Of a DNA stretch of 64,000 nucleotides, positions 53,245-64,000 are shown piece after piece. The stretch is from Octopus vulgaris (Eukaryota): positions 156,922,001 through 156,986,000 of the forward strand of contig OX597814.1 in assembly GCA_951406725.2 (NCBI GenBank), written 5' to 3'. Position 1 is the stretch's first letter; each line of letters begins with the position of its first letter. Under the pieces are notes generated by a model. It worked only from the letters and a program-made list of their open reading frames with translations, was not told the origin of the DNA and made no database searches. Both the position numbers and the translations under genes were made by a program.

Positions 53245-53280
53245 CAGTACCGGTTTCAGTCATTGAGACTTTTTCAACTG
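53245..53280 (-). ncRNA. Minimal hammerhead motif, U3-A8 core variant, all stems intact
   Basis: cag-TTGAAAA-agtc(tcaat)gact-GAAA-ccgg-TA-ctg; palindromic stem III accggt. Confidence 0.7.
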
Positions 53281-54599
53281 TAAGTATAGAAAACAATTAA
53301 ATTTTGGAAAAATTAAAAGAAAAAAATTTTTAAAAGACTATTTGCATAGTGTTCAAATACAAGTGGCATTTTCCTTGTTTCTGCCTGTTTCTGTCTTTCT
53401 TGTTTACTCTTGTGGGTTCGAGGTCATTGTCAATAAGTATATATTTATGTGTGTGTGTCTTTGTGTCTGTGTTTGTCCCCTCACCACTGCTTGACAACTG
53501 GTGCTGGCATGTTTACTTCCCCTTAACTTAGTAGTTCAGCAAAAAAGACCAATAGAATAAATAATAGGCTTAAACCTCTCAAGGTAGTACTCCAGCATGG
53601 CCATAGTCAAATGACTGAAAACTAAGTAAAAGATAAAAAATAAAAGGGTGGCCATGAAGGTATCATTTTCACTCATAGGTCTACTCAATCAGAATTGACC
53701 TTGGGTTGATTATCAATAACATCTATTTTTCTTTGTTTTTTCTGCTTTTCTTTTGTGAGTAGATTTACTATCAGTTTACAATTTCTATAAATTGACCAGG
53801 GATGATGTTTACGAAATTATTAGGATGGTCGATGTGAGTGAAATAGTGGAACATGAGACTAGATACATTACGGTCCTGCAATTTATCATTTTAAGGTCTG
53901 TGTTCAAATGACCAATTACAACTTTCATCTACCCCAGGGTCCATAATAAATAAAAATAAATAAAATAAAAATATAAAGATATAAAATTATGAAATAAGAT
54001 AAAATAAAATACCATGAAATTAAAATATATCCAAGATATTTTTATGCATAGAATGACGTTAGAAGAAATGAATTATCTAACAGAGATATGATATAGATTT
54101 TGAAATGCTTGGATTGTTTGTTTATCCAATGATATTTAATTATCCATATCTGTATTGATCAACCAATATCTATTTCCCCACTCCTTCTCTCTCTCCCTCC
54201 CTCTCAACATATGTATATAATTATATTAGGAGTATTAGATATATTATCTGCCTATTTCTTGTTCTTTCTTTCTCTCTCTCTCTCTCACTCTCTCCTTACA
54301 CACAATATGTGTATATATATATATATATATATACACATATATTTTATTTTATCGCATTTTGAATTTGTTTATATATATATATATATCATCATCATTTAAC
54401 GTCCGCTTTCCATGCTAGCATGGGTTGGACGGTTCAACTGGGGTCTGGGGAGCCCGAAGGCTGCACCAGGCCAGTCAGATCTGGCAGTGTTTCTACAGCT
54501 GGATGCCCTTCCTAACGCCAACCACTCCGAGAGTGTAGTGGGTGATTTTATGTGCCACCGACACAGGTGCCAGACGAGGCTGGCGAACGGCCACGCTCG

Positions 54600-57267
54600 G
54601 ATGGTGTTTTTATGTGCCACCGACACAGGTGCCAGACGAGGCTGACGAACGGCCACGATCGGATGGTGTTTCTTACGTGCCCACAGCACGGAGGCCAGTT
54701 GATGCGGTACTGGCTACGGCCACGTTCGGATGGTTTTCTTGTGTGCCACCGGCACTGGTACCACAAAGATACAAATTCCATTGATGTTCATCTATTTTGA
54801 TTTGATTTGATTTGATTTTCACTTGCCGCAAGAGGTCTTCACAAGTGTCACAAGAAGGAAGGAAGGTATGCACAGGTGAACTGACAACGTCCCAGGTCGG
54901 GGCCACGGGTTATGGCCTGACTAGTCTTGCCGGGTCTTCGGATGATGTTTTTATGTGTCTCCGACACAGGTGCCGGATGGATGGTGTTTGTTACGTGCCC
55001 ACAGCACGGAGGCCAGTCGATGCGGTATTGGCTACGGCCACGTTCGGATGGTTTTCTTGTGTGCCACCGGCACTGGTACCACAAAGATACAAATTCCATT
55101 GATGTTCATCTATTTTGATTTGATTTGATTTGATTTGACCACTTGTCTCAACAGGTCTTCACAAGTGTCACAAGAAGGAAGGTATGCACAGGTGGACTGA
55201 CTACGTCCCAAGTAGAGGCCACGGGTTATGGCCTGACTAGTCTTGCCGGGTCTTCGGATGGTGTTTTTATGTGCCACCGACACAGGTGCCAGATGAGGCT
55301 GGCGAACGGCCACGATCGGATGGTGTTTGTTATGAGCCCACAGCACAGAGGCCAGTCGATGCGGTACTGGCTACGGCCATGTTCGGATGGTTATCTTGTG
55401 TGCCACCGGCCCTGGTACCACAAAGATACAAATTCCATTGATGTTCATCTATTTTGATTTGTTTTGATTTGATCACTTGCCTCAACAGGTCTTCACAAGT
55501 GTCACAAGAAGGAAGGTATGCACAGGCGGACTGACTACGTCCCAGGTAGGGGCCACGGGTTATGGCCTGACTAGTCTTGCCGGGTCTTCAGATGGTGTTT
55601 TTATGTGCCACCGACACAGGTGCCTGATGAGGCTGGCGAACGGACATGATCGGATGGTGTTTGTTACGTGCCCACAGCACGGAGGCCAGTCGATGCGGTA
55701 CTGGCTACGGCCACGTTCGGATGGTTTTCTTGTGTGCCATCGGCACTGGTATCATAAAGATACAAATTCCATTGATGTTCATCTATTTTATTTTGATTTT
55801 CACTTTCACTTGCCTCAAAAGGTCTTCACAAGTGTCATAAGAAGGAAGGTATGCACAGGTGGATTGACTACGTCCCAGGTTGGGGCCACGGATTATGGCC
55901 TGACTAGTCTTGCCGGGTCTTCGGATGGTGTTTTTATGTTCCACCGACACAGGTGCCGGATGAGGCTGGCGAACGGCCACGATCGGATGGTGTTTGTTAC
56001 GTGCCCACAGCACGGAGGCCAGTCGATGCAGTACTGGCTACGGCCACGTTCGGATGGTTTTCTTGTGTGCCACCGGCACTGGTACCACAAAGATACAAAT
56101 TCCATTGATATTCATCTATTTCGATTTGTTTTGATTTTTTTGATTTTCACTTGCCTCAACAGGTCTTCACAAGTGTCACAAGAAGGGAGGTATGCACAGG
56201 TGAACTGACTACGTCCCAGGTAGGGCCCACGGGTTATGGCCTGACTAGTCTTGCCGGGTCTTCGGATGGTGTCTTTATGTTCCACCGACACAGGTGCCAG
56301 TTGAGGCTGGTGAACGGCCACGATCGGATGGTGTTTGTTACGTGCCCACAGCACGGAGGCCAGTCGATGCGGTACTGGCTACGGCCACGTTCGGATGGTT
56401 TTCTTGTGTGCCATCGGCACTGGTATCATAAAGATACAAATTCCATTGATGTTCATCTATTTTATTTTGATTTTCACTTTCACTTGCCTCAAAAGGTCTT
56501 CACAAGTGTCACAAGAAGGAAGGTATGCACAGGTGGATTGACTACGTCCCAGGTTGGGGCCACGGATTATGGCCTGACTAGTCTTGCCGGGTCTTCGGAT
56601 GGTGTTTTTATGTGCCACCGACACAGGTGCCGGATGAGGCTGGCGAACGGCCACGATCGGATGGTGTTTGTTACGTGCCCACAGCACGGAGGCCAGTCGA
56701 TGCAGTACTGGCTACGGCCACGTTCGGATGGTTTTCTTGTGTGCCACCGGCACTGGTACCACAAAGATACAAATTCCATTGATATTCATCTATTTCGATT
56801 TGTTTTGATTTTTTTGATTTTCACTTGCCTCAACAGGTCTTCACAAGTGTCACAAGAAGGGAGGTATGCACAGGTGAACTGACTACGTCCCAGGTAGGGG
56901 CCACAGGTTATGGCCTGACTAGTCTTGCCGGGTCTTCGGATGGTGTCTTTATGTGCCACGGACACAGGTGCCAGTTGAGGCTGGTGAACGGCCACGATCG
57001 GATGGTGTTTGCTATGTGCCCACAGCACGGAGGCCAGTCGATGCGGTACTGGCTACGGCCACGTTCGGATGGTTTTCTTGTGTGCCACCGGCACTGGTAA
57101 CAAAGATACAAATTCCATTGATGATCATCTATTTTATTTTGATTTTCACTTTCACTTGCCTCAACAGGTCTTCACAAGTGTCACAAGAAGGAAGGTATGC
57201 TCAGGTGGACTGACTACGTCCCAGGTAGGGGCCACGGGTTATGGCCTGACTACTCTTGCCGGGTCTT
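54600..57267 (-). repeat. Tandem array of 8 units, ~316-341 bp, with a 674-bp higher-order duplication
   Basis: Anchor gacta[g/c]tcttgccgggtctt at 54919, 55235, 55569, 55902, 56243, 56576, 56917 and 57248. Confidence 0.95.
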
Positions 57268-58844
57268 CTCACGCACAGCATACTTCCATAGGTCTCGGTC
57301 TCTAGTCATTTCCTTGGTGAGACCTAAAGTTCGAAGGTCGTGCTTCACCACCTCGTCCCAGGTTTTCCTGGGTCTACCTCTTCCACAGGTTCCCTCAACT
57401 GCTAGGGTGTAGCACTTTTGCACACAACTATCTACAGCCATTCTCGTCACATGACCATACCAGCGCAGCCGTCTCTCTTGCACACCACAATTGACGCTTC
57501 TTAGGTTCAACTTTTCTCTCAAGGTACTTACACTCTGACGATTATGAACACTGACATTACACATCCATCGGAGCATACTGGCTTCATTTCTTGCAAGCTT
57601 ACGCATATCCTCAGCAGTCACGGCCCATGTTTCACTACCATGTAGCATGGCTGTACGTACACATGCATCATACAGTCTGCCTTTTACTCTGAGCGAGAGG
57701 CCTTTTGTCACCAGCAGAGGTAAGAGCTCTCTAAACTTTGCCCAAGCTATTCTTACTCTAGCAGTTACACTTTCAGCACACCCACCCCCGCTACTGACTT
57801 GGTCTCCTAGGTAGCGGAAGCTATCAACTACTTCTAGTTTGTCTCCCTGGAACGTGGTAGAAGTTGGTCTCTGCACATTTCCAGTGTTTATTGCTCCTGA
57901 GCATCTGCCACAGACAAAAACTATTTTCCTAGTTAGCCTTCCTTTGACATTGCTGCACCTCTTATGTGTCCATAGCTTACACTTGGTGCACCTTATAGAG
58001 TTTCTACCTACACCTTTTTTACAGATCGAGCAGGGCCATCTACCTGAAGTCGTTTGTGATTGGTCCACCTTCCTACTTATTAGGACTTTGGTTTTGGCTA
58101 GGTTGATTCTAAGGCCCTTCGATTCTAATCCTTGTTTCCACACCTGAAACTTCTCCTCCAGTTCTGATAGTGACTCAGCAATTAGAGCAAGGTCGTCAGC
58201 ATAGAGGAGCTCCCAGGGGCATCCTGTCTTGAATTCCTCCGTTATTGCTTGGAGGACTATGATAAATAGGAGGGGACTGAGGACTGAACCTTGGTGGACC
58301 CCAACCTCTACCCGGAATTCTTCACTGTACTCATTGCCAACCCTCACCTTACTAGCAGCGTCTCTGTACATGGCTTGCACAGCTCTCACTAACCATTCAT
58401 CTATCCCTAGTTTCCTCATTGACCACCAGATAAGGGATCGGGGGACCCTGTCAAAGGCTTTCTCCAAGTCAACAAAAGCCAGGTACAAGGGCTTGTCTTT
58501 GGCTAGGTATTTCTCCTGCAGCTGTCTTACCAGGAATATAGCATCAGTAGTACTTTTCCCTGGCACGAACCCAAACTGCATATCATCTAAGCTAACACTC
58601 TCTCTAATTAGTTGGGCTATAACCCTCTCCGTAACCTTCATTACCTGATCCAGCAGCTTGATGCCTCTGTAGTTATTTGTATCTAGGGCGTCGTCTTTAC
58701 CTTTGTAGCAGTTGACTATTATGCTGCTACACAAGTCATTGGGTATGACTCCCTCGTGTATCACCTGGTTAACTATACGGGTGACTAAGCTATAGCCGAC
58801 ACCACCAGATATTTTGAGCATCTCTGCAGTAATTCCTGATGGGC
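57250..58844 (-). CDS. RTE-clade reverse transcriptase frame (~530 aa, 5'-truncated, no endonuclease) with embedded C4HC3 PHD-like finger
   Basis: NYRGIKLL, QFGF, DLEKAFDRV, GVHQGSVLSPLLF, YADD, FRYLG, GSETW, GRGRPRKTW; no stops; the ORF-track start lies in microsatellite and is spurious. Confidence 0.9.
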
Positions 58845-58885
58845 ACACACTCACATACATACACACATACACTCACACACACATA

Positions 58886-60137
58886 CAGGGGTTGGACAAA
58901 ATAATGGAAACACCTTAAAATTTCAAATAAATTTATTTTAATATGGGGTAGGACAGCCTCTGGCAGTAATAACAGCTTGATTTCTGTGAGGTATTGACTC
59001 ATACAAAGTTTGAATTGTTTCCAAAGGAATTTTTGTCCATTCTTCAGCTAAAACAGTCTCCAGTTCTTGTTGTGATGATGGTGGAGGATATTGACTCCTT
59101 ACTTGATTTTTCTAAAACGCACCATAAATGTTCGATAATATTGAGACTTGGGGACTGTGGTAGCCAGACAAGATGTTCAACTTCACTAGAATGTTCCTCG
59201 TGCCATTCAGTAACAACTTTAGCTGTGTAAATTGGTGCATTATTATCATGAAAGATTGGTTTCCCTCTGGGAACTGTTCCACAACCATAGGATGAATTTG
59301 ATTGGGTAAAATGCTTAAATAGTTTGACTATTTATTCTGCCATGAAGGGAAACCATTGGGCTGGCAGATTTCCAAGATATAGTCCCCCAGATCATCAGAG
59401 ATCCTCCTCCATGTTTAACAGTTGGAAGAAGACAGTCTGGGTCAAATACATTTTTTGGCTGTCTCCACACATATACTCAGCCGGTGGTCGGAAATAAGGT
59501 AAAAGATGACTTGTTCAAGAAAATAACATTCTTCCACTGCTCTAGGGACCAATTCTGTACGTTTTTACTCCACTCTAAATGCTTTGCAATGTATGTTTGT
59601 GAAAGTAGTGGTTTTCTAATTGCAACCCTCCCATGAAATCCAGCTTTGTGCAGCTCCCAGTGAATAGTTTTTGTGAAAACTGGGTTCTCGAGGTGGTCAT
59701 TAAGCTCTGCAGTAATTTTGGGAGCTGTACTTTTGCGATCCTTCCTAACAATTCACATAAGAGTCTGACGGTCCCTATCTGAAAGTTTTGGTTTGATGAG
59801 GAGGTTTTTCCCTCTTTCTCAAAGGCTGTCATTACTTTTGAGACAGTACTTCTTGATACACCAAACATTTTGGCTGTTTTCATAACGCAAGCACCTGCCA
59901 TATGCGCACCGACAATTTGTCCTCTTTGAAAGTCTGATAGATCTGTCATTTTAATGAATTTTAATTACCTTTTTCCGATGATGTCTGAAAAGAAACAGCA
60001 ATTTTAGCAAAACATATTAAGCAACACTAATAATAAATCAAAAACATAGAAATAAACAAGCTTTTGACAGTTTCATAGATATTTCAAAATTATGATGCTA
60101 TGATGCTAGGTGTTTCCATTATTTTGTCCAGCCCCTG
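58886..60137 (-). mobile_element. Tc1 transposon, near full length, frameshifted transposase
   Basis: TIRs caggggttggacaaaataatggaaacacc / ggtgtttccattattttgtccagcccctg, TA flanks; MTDLSDFQRGQIVGA, KHGGGSLMIWG, PQSPSLNIIEHLW. Confidence 0.93.
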
Positions 60138-60293
60138 TATATATGAATATATATATATATATATACACATATATATATGCATATACATACTATATATATA
60201 TATAAATATATATGTATGTACATATGTATGTATGCATATATGTGTATGCATACGAGTGTGTGTGTGTGTGTGTGTATGTGTGAGTGTGTTTGT

Positions 60294-60600
60294 GAGGGTG
60301 CATGACCAAGTGGTAGGGTGTTGTACTGCACTCATGATCAACAGATCTTAAGATCAATTCCTGGACCGGGCAGTGCATTGTCTTCTTTAAGCAAAATACA
60401 TTATCTCAAAGTTGCTCTGTGAGTACTTTGACATCTGGTATGTGGCACACCATACACTACCTGTACAAATAAGGCCAATTTGGCAGAGGGAGTAAGCTAA
60501 TGTACAGCACAAACAATTGATCACTATAAACAACCCATCAGTGCCAAATGCTCAGCAAGAAATCACAGAATCTTCTTTCTCATACTTGAGAGACTATCAT
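60294..60600 (+). mobile_element. SINE family C
   Basis: Aligns by eye with 9767-10066. Confidence 0.7.
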
Positions 60601-60908
60601 AGTTACATATGCATATAAATACTACCTTTTACTTGTTTCAGTCATTAAACTGCAGCCATGCAGGGACACTACTGTGAAGAACTTTAGTTGAATGAATTGC
60701 TTCCAGCATTTATTATTCTTTTTAAGTGTGGTACTTACTCTATCAGTGTCTTTTGCTGAACTGCTAATGGACAGGGATGTAAACAAACCAACACATGTTG
60801 TCAAGTGGTGATGGTGGTGGTGGTGGTGGTGGATAAAGACACACACAATGACACGCATACATAGCTATATATACATCTAGATGCACACACACATACATAT
60901 ACACACAG

Positions 60909-60951
<43 letters not shown>

Positions 60952-61000
60952 TAAATAGATAGATAGAAAGATAGATATAGATATATAGATATAGATATAG

Positions 61001-61031
<31 letters not shown>

Positions 61032-61649
61032 TGTATGTATGCATGTATGTATGTATATATTTATGTATACATATATGTATACAACTGGTGAAATCCAGAG
61101 ATGCTCAATATTGAAAACACATAGTAGTACTCAAATGATTTGGACTTACACTCCGAAGTCTTTATTGAGGACTAAGTCTATAGTGTAAGAGGTGGCTATA
61201 ACACAAATTGAGGTGGCTGATATGAAGATAGTGATACAAATAAACACACAAGCTTGTTATATAAAATGTACATTCCCCTTAGTTTTCTGTGTTTTTCATA
61301 CTCCATGTAAATTTGTTGTGTAAATTAAAAAAATCTATATCCTTATATGAGCGTGTTCATCTTCTGAATATTTTCAGCTTTTGTTTCACTCTCTCTATAT
61401 TTCCATATATATTCACCTGCATATATGTATCTTTGTATATTTTACATATCAAGCCTAAGCATGTTTATTTCCATTACTATCTTTCTCTCTCTCTCACTGA
61501 TTCTCTCTCCCTCTCACTGATTCTCTCTCTCTCTCTCACTGATTCTCTCTCTCTCTCTCACATATTGTGTATATATGTATATATACATATTATGGAGATG
61601 TACTTGCATAGCAAGTGATTTGATCTGAGATCGTGTGCTGAAAGAAAAA

Positions 61650-61917
61650 CAATTGCAGCATGGAAGCTGTTTGTAAGCCACTTATGAACACACAAAAACC
61701 ATTAGTTTCACTTCAACATTTAAATTTAATTTGTGTCAAAATATTTTCGTTGCTTTGATACCACAACCTGTTCACTGTCAAAACTTCATAATGCAGAACC
61801 AAATTTTGTCAGTGAACAGGTCATGGCTTCAAAGCAAAGAAAATATTTTGACACAAATTAAATTTAAATGTTGTAGTGAGTGTTCTTAAATGGCTTACAA
61901 ATGTATTCAATGATGCA

Positions 61918-61921
<4 letters not shown>
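61650..61921. repeat. Fold-back inverted repeat with a hammerhead-like G3-C8 motif in each arm
   Basis: caacatttaaatttaatttgtgtcaaaatattttc...cctgttcactg mirrored; arms read GTGAACA...GAAA-atat-TT-tgac. Confidence 0.8.
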
Positions 61922-61962
<41 letters not shown>

Positions 61963-62403
61963 TTATTTGTTCATTAATACAGAAACTCGAGTTTGGGGTT
62001 AACTTCAAATAATTTTTGTTTTGATTCTCTTTGGAATTACTTTTTTCGTAGTTTGGGTTTGGCTGCCCTTTTTAGCATAAAAGATGTCCTGTCAAGGGTC
62101 ACCTCTCTGTATAAATACTTATACACTCTTATATGAAGATATGTTGTCTATAGACTTTTATTATGTATGCTAGCCACCGGTATGAACATTTTTCTAAATT
62201 TTCTACCTTTATAATTTTCACAGTATATATACATATATATATTACAGGCTTTTTTTCGGTTTCTGTCTACCAAATACACTTAGAAGGCTTTGGTTGACCC
62301 AAAGCTATAGTAGAAGGCACTTGCCCAGAGTGCCACACAGTGAGACTGAATCTGGGACCAAGTGGTTGTGAAATAAACTTGTTATCACACAGTCATGCCT
62401 GGA

Positions 62404-62440
<37 letters not shown>

Positions 62441-62442
<2 letters not shown>

Positions 62443-62822
62443 TCTTTTACTTGTTTCAGTCATTTGACTGCAGCCATGCTGGAGCACCACCTTTAGTCAA
62501 GTAAATCAACCCCGGGACTTATTCTTTCTAAGCCTAGTACTTATTCTGTCGGTTTCTTTTGCTGAACCACTAAGTTATGGGGACGTAAACACACCAGCAA
62601 TGGTTGTCAAGCGATGTTGGAGGGACAAACACAGATACACACAGACACACATATACATATACATATTTACAATGGGCTTCTTTCTGTTTCCATTTACCAA
62701 ATCCACTCACAAGGCTTCGGTTGCCCCGAGGCTATAGTAGAAGACACTTGCCCAAGGTGCCATGGAGTGGGACTGAACCCAGACCCATGTGGTTGGTAAG
62801 CAAGCTACTTATCACACAGCCA
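62441..62822 (-). mobile_element. SINE family A, full length, beside a second head at 62245-62400
   Basis: Reverse complement of family A. Confidence 0.88.
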
Positions 62823-62874
62823 CACACACGCACGCACACACACACAGATATATGTATATATATATAGAGAGATC

Positions 62875-63100
62875 TACATATGCATACATACATACAAACA
62901 TACATACATACATACATACATACATACATACATACATACATACATACATACATACATACATACATACATACATACATACATACATACATACATACATACA
63001 TACATACATACATACATACATACATACATACATACATTACACATACATGCATACACACATATATACATACATAGACACATATACACATACATACACACTT
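62875..63100. repeat. (TACA)n microsatellite
   Basis: Directly visible; similar tract at 63450-63670. Confidence 0.95.
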
Positions 63101-64000
63101 GAAATTATTGGACACTAAGATATGTAACAGACTACCTAAATACCAATCTTGAAAAAGTAGGCTTCTCAAACCAGAAAGGAGAAAGCTGATTTGAAGACTA
63201 CAGATCCAAGCCATCACTGGAACTGTAAAAGTCTGTAAAACTTTATAGAAGTTTATCATTTATGTCTAGATATGCAAGTAAATGCATAAAAAGACATACA
63301 TAAAACACTACATAAAACACTGCTTGTATACGTAAATACATACAAAAATACCCTGTTGTTGCTGTTGAAATTCCAATGAAGGAGCCCTGGATCTAGGTTA
63401 GAAACCAGCTCTTTCTCTATTGGCAAGAAATCTTGAAATAAAACTGATAATGACATACATACATGCATACATGTATACATAATACATACATACATACACA
63501 CATACACACATACGTACATAGATACATACATACGTACATACATACATACATACACATATACACACACACACACATACATACATACATACATACATACATA
63601 CATACATACATACATACATACATACATACATACAAGCATATATATATACATACATACATTCATACATGCATGAAGATTTTTTTTCAGTATCCTTTTACCA
63701 AATTTTTCAGAAAATCCACTCACAAGACTTTGGTTAATTCAGAACTACAGTAAAAGACACTAGCCGAAGGTGATTCACAGTGGGTCTGAACTCAGAACAA
63801 TGTGGTTAGGAAGCAACCTTCCTACCACACTGCCGTACCTGCACCATTATCAACAACAATATAAAATAAAAATAGAAGATGTGACCATCATCTTATAATA
63901 ATCATAAAACTAATATTCTATTGATTTCCCCAGCAGAAACAAACAACAACAACAACAATGATAACAACAAACAAAACAAAAACAAATACTGCATCAAACA

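Larger units (their letters stand above)
54386..58844 (-). mobile_element. Young 5'-truncated RTE LINE with tandemly expanded 3' UTR
   Basis: (CAT)n tail at 54386 next to (TA)n; UTR array; intact RT frame; 5' break into (CA)n at ~58844. Confidence 0.95.

Noticed and set aside
54600-57267. Array as CRISPR-like or retrozyme array
   Set aside because: No unique spacers and no cas genes; units are LINE 3' UTR. No complete hammerhead is conserved in the units (CTGATGA at ~55624 is a single-unit mutation).
55143-57305. 243-aa and other plus-strand ORFs in the array
   Set aside because: Antisense to the LINE UTR, non-ATG or arbitrary starts, and frames broken by the variable T-tract.
63373-63423. 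ATGAAGG-agcc...ggtt-a-GAAACCAGCTC hammerhead-like layout
   Set aside because: Positions 3, 8 and 9 are inconsistent and stems I and III do not form in this copy.

Overview
AT-rich eukaryotic non-coding DNA made almost entirely of transposable elements and microsatellites. The repeat families resemble those I recall from Octopus (coleoid cephalopod) genomes; that assignment is an inference. I found no convincing host exon, tRNA, rRNA or CRISPR array. The window holds four long RTE-clade LINE copies, one of which keeps an uninterrupted ~530-codon RT frame with a PHD-like zinc finger inside the RT and has an 8-unit ~335-bp tandem expansion of its 3' UTR. It also holds CR1-group LINE fragments, a CRE-like endonuclease remnant, a decayed Gypsy pol, several Tc1/mariner remnants, Helitron pieces, MITEs and three tRNA-derived SINE families. 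The most notable signal is a dispersed set of minimal type-I hammerhead ribozyme motifs with different core variants (C3-G8, U3-A8, G3-C8, U4C), some inside fold-back palindromes, as expected of Penelope-like element termini. Also notable are a twin-primed RTE insertion with a target-site duplication (TSD) and a 3' stem-loop shared by a SINE and a LINE. Coordinates were read by eye, and boundaries of old elements are approximate.
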